Of a stretch of 64,000 nucleotides of DNA, positions 36,838 through 48,100 are shown in pieces. How positions within the stretch are numbered: the stretch's first letter is position 1; each line of letters opens with the position of its first letter. The stretch covers positions 1,488,001-1,552,000 of the forward strand of contig JBHGNT010000001.1 in NCBI GenBank assembly GCA_043228905.1, given 5' to 3'. The notes under the pieces are model-generated. The model was not told where the DNA came from. It did not search any database and saw only the letters and a program-made list of their open reading frames with translations. This DNA comes from Azolla caroliniana. Its lineage: Eukaryota; Plantae; Polypodiophyta. Position numbers and translations under genes: made by a program.

Positions 36838-38319
36838 ACGTCCTTGATATGTGAAGTCAACATTCTTTTCTGTTTCTCCATCAACTGCTTCATTATCGTT
36901 CAATGTATGATACTCCCAATTTTGAATATATGCTTTGTTTAAACAATACCTCCAATTTCCCTGCACACAATAGAAGCAAAAACAAGTTAATTCTCTAACT
37001 ACAATACAATGACCATCCAACCTAGTATAACCGTGAACGACATGGAGAGATCGCAATTCGGGAATTCCTTGCCACTCCCAAGTCTTCTCCCTATTTACTT
37101 CATCTATCTTCACTTCCCAAAATTCAAGTTTGATATCTCGGACCTGCGAGGAATAAACACCAGTTGCACTTGTTGACATATTAGCTCTTAAATATTCAAC
37201 TACATGTGATGCACAATTCATTTGCACACCATCTGCCTTTAGTTGTTCATGGGTAAGTGCCCACTTTATAATAGCACATGCACCATCATGTTCACCTTTA
37301 CCATGGCTAGACCCAAAAAAAATCCATCTCATCTCCAAAGTTGTTATAGTAGGATACCTCCCCACAAAATAAAATGGACGTCTAGCCTTGAATTGTGACA
37401 CAGCTCCATCAAACCAGACCTAATGTTGAGTAAACTCCAAACGTTTAGCTAATAACCATTGCCAATGTAAGTTAAAACAATGTTGGGCAAACAAGGTATC
37501 ATGCTTCTTATCATCAGAAATAAAAAAATGAATTACTTTTTTAACATCACCTGAAACTTGAAAATATGTTATGTGCACAAAAATGGTTTCCTGCGTTGAA
37601 CACCAATGCATAGATTGAATTTCATTCTGTTGCTTAAAAGTATAATTCTCTGCGAAATCTACTACTGAGACTACTACATCATTTGGAAAATCAAATATGC
37701 AAGTCTTAAACTGATGGGCTTGCCATGAATAAATGAAGTTGTGTTTAATGAACTTTCCTAGAGATACGCCATATCCCTTGGTTTAAGTGACTTCCTAACT
37801 ATATCCTTTCTTTTACACACCTTTCCTTCGAAATTGGTGTCAACTGACTCAAATAACTTGACAGAGATTAATATTTCACTACTCAATTCATTTGGACACC
37901 ACCTAAATCTACTAGGGCCACAATCTTGACATAAACCCATGACACATTTATGACTGTGGAAGATGGCCTCAGTTTCTCTCGGACACAATGCTGAATCTAA
38001 AAGACAACTCATGGAAGAGATAACATGTTTAAATGATTTACAATGCTCATGCGGGCTCGATCGACAAATTGGGCACTCACAAGTGCAAATTGCATTTGTT
38101 AGGGCGGCTCTATGGTGACATAGTAGGTTAACAGAGTCCTTGAGAAAACCCATTTGTACATGGTAAATGCAACAACATGTGTATCGATCCTTCAATTGTC
38201 TCACAAAGTGTGGCTTAAGAGACTCGAATGTTCGTAGTTGAACTTTGATATTTGGATGCATTCACCTAAACCTAATAAATAAATTGACCTACGTAATAAA
38301 ATGGACATATTGATTAGCT

Positions 38320-39370
38320 CTATGGCTAAGTGGTAGCTAATTAGCTACTATCATAGTTTAGTACAATAGTTAATTAGGTAAGTGGTAGCTAATTAGCTAC
38401 TACCATAGTTTAATACAATAGCTAATTAGCTACTACCATACTTTAGTTGAGTAGCTAATTAGCTAAGTGGTAGCTACTTAACTATTACCATAGTTTAATA
38501 CAATAGCTAATTAGTTAAATGGTAGCTAATTTGCTACTACCATAGTTTAGTACAGTAGTTAATTAGCTAAGTGGTAACTAATTAGCTACTACCATAATGT
38601 AGTACAGTAGCTAATTAGCGACTACCATAGTCTAGTACAATAGCTAATTAGTTACCACTTAGCTAATTAGCTACTACCATACTTTAGCTGAGTAGCTAAT
38701 TAGCTAAGTGGTAGCTAATTAACGACTACCATAGTTTAGTACAATAGCTAATTAGCTAATTGGTAGTTAATTAGCTACTATCATACTTTAACTGAGTAGC
38801 TAATTAGCTAACTAGTAGCTAATTAGCTACTACCATACTTTAGCTGAGTAGCTAATTAGCTAAGTGGTAGCTAATTAGCTACTACCATAGTTTAGTACAA
38901 TAGTTAATTAGTTAAGTGGTAGCTAATTAGCTACTACCATAGTTTAGTACAATAGTTAATTAGTTAAGTGGTAGCTAATTAGCTACTACCATAGTTTAGT
39001 ACAATAATTAATTAGTTAAGTGGTAGCTAATTAGCTACTACCATACTTTAGTTGAGTCGCTAATTAGCTAATTAGCTACTACCATAGTTTAGTACAATAG
39101 TTATTCTAGTAAGGGATTAGCAATTCTGGTAGCTAATTAGCTATTGTTATAGGCAACTAAATAACTATTGTGGTAGCTAAATAGCTATGAATTGTGGCTA
39201 ATTAGCTATTCTAGTAGCTAAATAGCTATGTTCGATATTCTTAGGGAGCTAATATTCTGGTAGCTAATTAGCTATTATTGGTAGCTAGTTAGCTATGGTC
39301 ATATTCTGAGGTAGGTAATTAGCTATTCGGGTATGGTCATATTCAGAGGTAGCTAATAAGCTAACTAATT
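38320..39370. repeat. ~52-bp-period tandem array of TAGCTAATTAGCTA palindromes filling the transposase intron
   Basis: Unit GTAGCTAATTAGCTACTACCATAGTTTAGTACAATAGTTAATTAGTTAAGTG; ACTACCAT recurs at 38881, 38933 and 38985. Confidence 0.95.
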
Positions 39371-40339
39371 AAGCTCAAAAGTCAAAACAAATGTTGAGAT
39401 AAATGTAAATACATGAGGTACATCAAGAATATCAATGGGATGCTCCTCGTATTGACTCCTTCCAAAACGTTTCCTGCATAAATCCTTCTTATTGGGTGAA
39501 ACCCTACTCTCATTAGTCCAAAATATTGTGATTATATCCTTGATTTATGATGTTATGGGTGTCATTGGCTTACATCTTGTTGTTAGCTTTAGCAAACTAG
39601 TTCCTTCACCCAAGGAAACTATCCGATTCAATGTATTGTACACACTTTTTCTACTAACACCAATTACTTTAGATAACACACTGATGTTAATATCACCAAC
39701 ATCACTATTAAGTAACATCATTAGACTAGACCTTTTTAAGACAATATCATCTTCTGACCTACTCATGGATACGAAACTATTATGGAGATTATTTACTAGT
39801 ACAGATGTTATGTTTGCATTAAGACCATCACAATCAACTAACTCATTTATCGATGGATCATTTAATATTCCATAAAGTACTACCTTCTTGTCTTCATTGC
39901 TGATGTGCTTGGTTTGAACATTGAAATAGTCTACATTGTCAACCTTTCTCTCTATGATAGTAGTCTCATTACTTCCATTCTCAGTGATATTTAGACCTAT
40001 ATCGCAACCAATACTATCTTTACCTTTAGTGAGTGTGGCTTTCATATCCTTCAACAATTGACGATGTTTTCTTCTTCTTCTTTTCTGCCCAATACTTTCG
40101 TATCGCTTGTTGTGTCCTGATAGCATCATCCCTATTCTAATGATCATTGAGGGGTAATTCTAAACACCCTCCTTCCCCTTCCATTTGGCTTGATGAGTTT
40201 AAACCCTAATTTTCCTGAAAAAAAGACACGTATTAAAGATGGCTATGGGCAACAACGATACACAAAAATATTCTGCAATACACAAGATTATACACAACAA
40301 TACACAAGATAATCAATAGACATAATAGTTATTCAAATC

Positions 40340-41345
40340 CAAGACCGAACTATGGCGGTAATCTAGGGCCGAATAGTGGCGGTAACTGAGTGTAGAATGG
40401 CGGCAGTGGAGGAGTGAACTCCGTTTGATTGAACAATTTTGACAATCCAGGACCGAACAATGGCGGCAACTAAGTGTAGAATGATGGCAATGGAGGAGTG
40501 AATTTTGTCGGATCGAACTGTGGCAGATGATGCTTGGAACACATAGTGACAACAACTGAGAGTAGAATGGCAACAGTGGAGAAGGAGTGAACTCCTTCGG
40601 ATCGAAAAGTGGTAGCAATACACCACCGAACAGTAGCGGCAACTAAGTGTAGAATGATGGAAATGGATGAGTGAACTCCGTCAAATCGAAAAGTGACAGC
40701 AATCCAGGACTGAACAGTAGCGACAACTAAGTGTAGAATGATGACAATGGAGGAGTGAACTCTGTCACATCGAACAGTGGCTGATGATGTTTGGAATGCA
40801 CAATGATGACAATTGAGAGTACAATGGCGGCAGTGGAGAAGGAGTGAACTCCCTTAGATCGAAAAGTGGCAGCAATACACGACCGAACAATAACAGCAAC
40901 TAATTGTAGAATGATGGCAATGGATGAGTGAACTCCGTCAAATCGAAAAGTGGCAGCAATCTAGGACCGGTCACCGAATAGTAGCGACAACTTAGTGTAG
41001 AATGATGGCAATGGAGGAGTGAACTCCATCAGATCAAATGATGCTTGGAACGCACAGTGATGGCAACTGAGAGTAGAATGGCGGCAGTGGAGAAGGAGTT
41101 AACTCCGTCGGATTGAAAAGTGGCAACAATATACGACCTTCATAGTAGCAGCAATTGAGTGTAGAGTGGCGGCAATGGAGGAGTGAACTTGGTAGATGAT
41201 GCTTGGACTAAACAGTGGCGGCAACTAAGTGTAGAATGGTGGCAATGGAGGAGTGAACTCCGTCGGATCGAACAATGGCAGATGATACTTGGACCACACA
41301 ATGCCGGTAACTAAGTGTAGAATGGCGGCAATGGAGGAGTGGACT
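40340..41345. repeat. Subterminal tandem array (~60-80 bp units) upstream of the transposase
   Basis: Repeated GCAACTAAGTGTAGAATGATGGCAATGGAGGAGTGAACTCCGTC core, roughly 13-14 degenerate copies. Confidence 0.9.
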
Positions 41346-41627
41346 CAATAGGGTTTAACAACAGTGGTAGTAATCTAAGCCAATACTCAACTAAAGATGG
41401 CCCACGCGATGTGGCAAAGGATCATGCATAATGAACCTAGGAATTCGGTATATAATTTATGGTGCACATATCAATTTATGTTGCACGTTTATGTTGCACA
41501 TTTATATAATTAAAACTCTCTACTATTTTCAATGGTAGCTTATTGCATAGCTAATTTATCAATGGTAGCTTATTGCATAACTAATTAGCTATGTCAAGGA
41601 CATAGCTAATTGTTTCCACTCGCATGC

Positions 41628-42240
41628 TTTCACCCTAAAATCTTGCACATATAACAATACATGAGTTTTTTCCCCTTATCCCCTCACGAGAGTATGCTTC
41701 GCCCCCCACACCCTCATCACTCATCCTTATCCAAAAACATACATCTTGCTTCATCGAGTCCACATCAACTTCTCATGAATTACTGCCAAAACCTGTACAT
41801 ACAAACAAAGAAATGAGTCTAGTTTTCTAAATAGATTATGCTTCAACCCCCACACCACCAACACTCATCCTTATCAAAAACATACATTTTGCTTCCTCAA
41901 GTCCACATCAAACTTCTTGCAGATTACCGCCACAATCCTGTACATACAAACAACTTAGTTTTCTGAAGAGACTATGCTTCAGCCCCCACACCACCATCAC
42001 TCATCCGTATCAAAAACATGAATTATGCTTCAATAATCCACATCAACCATCTCACTCTCGCTGATTTACCACCAAAACCGTGTACCTAAAATAAAATGAA
42101 ATGAAATGACATTACTCTCCTCGTCTCTCGATAAATTATCTTACAACCCTCAATACCATCATCACTCATCCTTATCCAAAATCAGAAAATGCTTCATTGT
42201 TCACATCCACCATCTCGCCCTTGTCAGTCCATCGAACTAC
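41628..42240. repeat. Right part of the host degenerate tandem repeat split by the DNA transposon
   Basis: CCCCACACC..ATCACTCATCCTTATCAAAAACAT at ~41703, 41847, 41984 and 42147. Confidence 0.75.
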
Positions 42241-42599
42241 CCAAATCCCATCTGCCTCTTTTATGTTCTTCCTGTCAACCTATAAGATGAAGAGAAAGGA
42301 AGAAACTATATACCTCACTATTATGTTTGAAATAAGAAAGGACTAGGGGGCGGGACTAGCCAACGTGGTGGAACATAATTCCAACGATCTTCATGTGACT
42401 CATCCAACCAAAGAGGTATTGGCCACCATATTTTACGGATTTTTCGCCTTTTCTTATGCACCTTTTACTGTGTTCCTTTAACACTATCATATTCTCCCTT
42501 AATTGTGTGCACCAAGTTGTCCCACCACATCTTAATCATATCCACCACATTGTACTCGATGCCTTCATATTTCTTGTTGCAACGACACTTCCACCACAC

Positions 42600-43740
42600 A
42601 CATAAAGCATTAACTGAAACAATATTCAAAACAAAAGAATTTCATGGGTTAGTTCTTCAGAAGGAATTTGAGAGAGATATTTATGTCCGAAGCACTTTGG
42701 TTGGTGTATATCACAAAAGTGGCTTCTCAATAGAGGGAAAAAAAAGTCTTTCATACACTTCTACTTCAAGATATTATCATGGATAGGATTGATTATAGGA
42801 TATGAAGAACATGGACTTGTGGAAGGAGCGTTAACATTTTTTTCCCAATTGCAATTGGATGGAATTTGACCTTATGCTACAACCTTTTCTTGTGTTTTGA
42901 AAGCGTGTGGATCCCTACCAGATTTCGTAAGGGGTCGAGAGCTACATTCAGAGATTATTGTAAAAGGATTTGAAATGGATCCTTTTGTTTCAAGCACTTT
43001 GATTGACATGTACACAAAGTGTTGGTCACTATTTGAGGCTAATTGGATCTTTGAGAAGTCATCGGATCAAAACATTGTGTCATGTAATGCACTCCTCGTG
43101 GATTATATTGAACAGGGATACAACGAATATGCATTAAATTGTTTTAGGAAAATGCAACAGATTCTGTTGCCAAATACTATTTCATTCAGTTTGGTCTTTA
43201 GACAACTCCCAATGAAGGATAAGAAAATTCATACTGATATTGTATGTAAGGGATTTGAGGATGACCATTTGTTGGTAATAGTTATGTGGAGAGTTTGTAA
43301 AATCTCAGAAAGTGCTCTTGGAATGGACTTATTGGTGGGTATGTTAAACAGGACGTGGTGTGCTTGCTAAGGCACAAAAAGTTATTGAAGAGCTTCCTAC
43401 CCGAAATGTCATCTCTTGGAATGCACTACTCGCAGGATATAGCCAACAAGGGCAATATATATGAAGTGTTGTATGGTTATGAACACATTCAAAGTGAGGG
43501 AAATTCTCCCGATGCAGTCACCTTCATTTGTACATTGAAGGCTTGTAGAAGCACATAAACAATGCACATAGGAGAGCAATTTCATGATAGTATCATGAGT
43601 ATGCAGTTACTGGAGGGGGATATTGTACTTGGTACCACCTTGGTGGATATGCGTCAAATGTGGGATGCTTGCAAAAGCAGAGAAAGTGCTGAAAGGGCTT
43701 TCTGATCGAAATATTGTCTCTTGGAACGTTTTGATGTTTT
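42600..43740 (+). pseudogene. Decayed PLS-class pentatricopeptide-repeat gene
   Basis: LKACGSLPDFVRGRELHSEIIVKGFEMDPFVSSTLIDMYTKC, PDAVTFICTLKAC, RNIVSWN; many frameshifts and stops. Confidence 0.88.
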
Positions 43741-45154
43741 GATGCTTTTTTGAACCAATTGATTAACAATTGATAGAAGTGCTTATGTGTGATGAGAATT
43801 GTTTGATTCATTCTCAATCTTATGTGCAATGAACATATTACAAGTTTCCATTAACTTAATTGTTGACTTACCTTATGCAATACCCATTAATTGTTTTGCT
43901 TGTTTTTCATGTCCCAATTGTGTGGATAGCCCAAGTGCCTTACTAGTTGAGTTTCATGATGATTTCTCTTGGTTTGGTTACATCTATGCTTGCAATGCAT
44001 AATAGTATTTTTAACAATAAAAAAATCAACACCATTTGTTGACTGACTAGCTTAAGGAGGTGTGGAATGTAAGGCAATCAAAGTTGTTTCAACTTAACTA
44101 AGACCTTACGGGTCGACTTTCCATTCTCGCTTATGTTTTCTTTGCTAATCGCCACTACTATTGCGTGAATTTGATTCATAAACATACGATATAAAAAACA
44201 AACCAGAAGATAAAACATAGTGTTTGGCCAAATGATCGAAGAAGGCATGTAAAAGAAACGCAACTTAACTCAACACTTACTATTATAGCCCTACCTTTGA
44301 TGCCTTTGTTTTCTGCGTCGACTGCCATTGCATGAAAGAAAGAAGACCTAAGGAGGCGTTCGACCTTGACCTGGACCGGTCAGTGCCATGACCTTCCTTG
44401 CTTTATTTGTTAATTCGTGTTGATCGCCATCACATGAGTTTGTTTGTACTATATGTATAATAAACCAACCGGAGAATGAAACCCAACGTTTCATCCATCG
44501 ATCGACTTCCTGTTTTTGGCTTTAATTAACTCAACCATCACTAGGGGATTCCGTGCTTTAGTTTTCCCGTATGCAGAGGAGAGGTGTGAAAAGAAAGGCC
44601 CAAGCGGGGAGCTCTTTTTTAATTCATAACACAACCCTTACTCGCTCGCCTCGCCTCGCCTTGCCTTGCCTTCGGTTTTGTTTTCTGTCGCCATCGCCAT
44701 CGCCATCGCCAGCCTTCCCTGTGCATACCTCTTCTCACAGGTTCTCCAGACGTTTCCGTAGCGGCGTATTAAAGAGGAGATTTCCTTCTTGATCGCCTTT
44801 TCTACGCTTCCTTTTGATCCGTTTCTATGCTACGGACCTGCCTCCTCCAGTCTTGATGATTGTGTGCTGTCCCAAGTTTTATACCGCAGACGGCACTCGA
44901 AAAAAGCGTATGTTTTATAAAAGAGCAAATTAATGAGCACAGTCCATGTTTTATTAGGGTTTCTTTGATGACGGGTTTGATCTGAGTTTAATCAGATGAG
45001 ACGGTGTTTGCCATCACATACGATCTGTAGCACAAAGTAAGGCAACTGCGATCCCCTCACAAAGTTAATGGTAAGACTTGTTACGAAGAAACGCCCTCTC
45101 TCTCACACACAATCTCTCTCTTTCTCGTTGGTGCTTTCTAGATAGTAGGCGACA

Positions 45155-48100
45155 ATGTATACGGCTCAGGAAGCTCGTCCTCATGCCCATGCCCATGCCC
45201 ATGCTGCGGCTGTCGCAACAGCAGCCCAGGCCACACCCCCCGATTATGGCCATCACACTACTTATGCAGGAGGATATACAGGATACGAGAATCCAAGCTC
45301 CACCTACCACCAGGGGGGTTATACCTACAATAATAATACTAATAGCAGCTATCCGCATCCCCAGTCAGGTAACCTCCACCCTTCACACTCTCAACAGCCC
45401 GGAGGTTATGAAAATTTAGCAGCTCCTTATCAGGCGGGTAATTCATATAGTAGTACAGACTACCAGGCCGGGGCTTCTTCCGGCTATTATAATGTGGCGC
45501 CAGCTGTGCCGCCAGTCCATGGCTACCAGAATCCGGCAGGATCAGGTTATCCACAGCACTCATCATACTCTAGCCAATGGACTGGCACCTCCAGCTATGT
45601 GAACTATGGTGCATACTCTAGCTATCCTGGAGGTTATCCACAACAAGATGCAAGTACTGGCAATGCCCAGGCCATGAATACTCAATATTCACAAGATTAT
45701 CAACAGCAGTGGGCAAGCTATTATGCAAACTTGCAGAATAGCTCCAAAGTTGAGGACTTGGATGAGTGTACAGCACCGGGAACCGAGCCTCCAGCTCCTG
45801 AAGCTAAACCTCTGCCATACAGCCAACCTCCACCTCCCGGTACCCAACCTGGATGGGATCTCAATGAACCATCTTATCCTGATGTCAATACTACTCAGGT
45901 ATGCAGTTTATATATGTTAGTATCTCCTTAAGGCTGTGATGCTTGCCATCTTTTGTTTTCCATGCATGAGTTACCAATGAGCTTCTGTAAGAGAATGACA
46001 GCATGTTGTGTTATACATCCAAAGGAAAAGGAATTTAAACACATGTGCATGGAATTTGGAATTCCAGAGGTAATTAATAATTTGGTATGAAGTCTCACAA
46101 AGCTCAGTTTCAAACTCACCGATATGCAAAAGCTTGATGCTAGCTATTGTTGAAAGCTGACAGCTAAGGAAAGATCATGTATGCTCTTTTAGCTGTTTGT
46201 CTTTTATTTTCTGATTTTCTTAGTTGAAAGTAGCTATTTAGACACGAGAAAATTCTTATGTGTTTCTTTGATTGTTCTAAAGATCAACTGGAAATTAGTT
46301 TGAGCTAACATATGAATTGGATCCATGACATATTCATTCAAAAACAGCAAACCAGTTTTCTCAGTATTTTTTGTTTATTATCTAGGTTGTCATTTTTATG
46401 TGGTGTTGTTTACACCTTCAAAACAGCTATTTCTAAATGATACTTAAAATTCCAATGATTTTGTACAAACATCAACACCAAATTTGGATGAAATCAACAG
46501 TATTATAGGGCTTTCTTTCCAAAAAATAGTGAAGATTATAATGGCTGAGTAGAGATCGCAGGATCTACTACAAAGACTTGACAATAGTGATTCCGGCTTT
46601 GGTCATATGGTCAAACTAACCAATGCATTTGTAGCGTGTTATATACAGACTTTTGTGTAAAGCTGGAGCATTGTTTAAAGTTAAAACCTGTCTCATGGAT
46701 AAAATTGCAAAACATTCTGCATTTGATCTTTGAAGAATTCCATGCCAATTGAAGTATCATGCATAGCAATATTGGATTGTTGTTTTTGTGCACAGGTAGG
46801 AGCTATAGGCCCATCTGCCAATGGTGGGCCTTTCATCAGTAGTGGATTTCAAACAGACCATTATTCACATGTTCAATCAGGTCATTACCAACAACCATCC
46901 TACATTCAACAGAGTTTGCAAGACCAACCACTGCATTTTCAATCTCATCAAGAACAACATGCTGTCATTCAGCCTCAACAACAAGTGCCACCAGCGCATT
47001 CACAGGGAATTAATTTCCAACCTAAGATCTTTCCATCATCAGTTACAGAACCCTCTCAGAGGAGGGCTGGAAATCTGCAAATTCCAACTAACCCAAGGAT
47101 AATCTCAACATTAGGCATGGCTACCAAAGTTACCTCTGCAGATTCGTCTCAAGTACGGAAGCCTGTATATGTGGCTGTCTCCGGGAAGGCATCCTCTAAG
47201 GATACATCTAATGATTCTATGCTGCAGGTTAGATTCTTTTGTTCAAACTCTTATGTATTGACTTCTTTCTGGTGTTAATAAAGTTTGCTTGCAATGGGTA
47301 TTTCTTGAAATGATTATCAACAATGTATAAGTCTACATGTGACTTCTTGGTGGCACTGAAACTAGTAGGAAGGAACCAAAATGACCTATTGAGACCAAAT
47401 AAGTTACATCATGTGAGATCCAATAAAATGTTCTATAGCAAGAAAATTAATGAAAAACCATAGTGTGAAAAGGAGAGAGAAAGAAAACCATAGTAATGTG
47501 AGAGGGAGAGAGAGAAAGAAAGAAAGAAAGAATGAAAGATGCATTAACGTCTACTTGTGGCCAAAAGTTTCCTATTAGATAATCATGATTACAAATATGA
47601 GTAACTTCAGGAGGGAAAAATTAAAGCCTCTACTTTCCTTCAATATTATGATAATAATCTGAATGCAGCTGGTGACTTTGCAATTGGTAATAATCCTTGC
47701 AATGGTTTTACAAGCAAGAAGTGCATTGCATTGTGTATGGGATGAGTGGAGGTGAGGTAACATGGTGTGCAATGTCGGTAGGTGTGTTGGAGCGTGGCTC
47801 AGACAGTGAATAATGATCTCCGTGATCTTCTACTGGTTTGTAACCTGTGTCCTCTTTTTACTTGAGAAATCCTTGACATCTTGGTGGAGGTGTGGGCCTA
47901 TGGAAGAAGTCAGTCATGTGAGCAAGAGTCTTTCTGTCTGATATGATATATCAGCCATTTCCATCTCATGGTAGGTGGCAGTATTCTCAGTTAACAATGT
48001 GGCATACTTCTCTCTGATAGCTAGTGTTATAGGCATTGACTTATGAAGCTTATGAAAGTTGAGCAAGATTTGCCCAAGCAATGCAGATGAGCCTTTTCCA

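Larger units (their letters stand above)
15539..40147 (-). pseudogene. DDD transposase (Sola-like) in pieces: ~40147-39414, intron, 38288-36838, solo LTR, 35851-35573, copia A nest, 15641-15539
   Basis: Motifs TCCCIYH, CVMGLCQDCG, VVDFAENY (~37650), WFDGAVSQFK (~37400), FFGSSHGKGEHDG (~37300); frame rejoins across inserts (TYQGR|GDTLSDVLNVGDNFIV and SHLVRCI|NVPMSQ...NSMPWNL*); premature stops at ~39545, ~38262, ~37758, ~37420. Superfamily assigned from remembered motifs, not a search. Confidence 0.8.
9600..41627 (-). mobile_element. Large TIR DNA transposon (Sola-like DDD transposase plus cargo), ~10 kb core inflated to 32 kb by nested insertions
   Basis: Perfect inverted termini GCATGCGAGTGGAAACA (9600-9616) and TGTTTCCACTCGCATGC (41611-41627), flanked by AAA and TTT; shared TAGCTAATTAGCTA motifs near both ends; transposase frame continues across the nested inserts; both flanks belong to one host repeat. 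Confidence 0.85.

Noticed and set aside
38320-39370. CRISPR-like appearance of palindromic repeats
   Set aside because: No unique spacers, no cas genes and a eukaryotic context; it is a tandem array.
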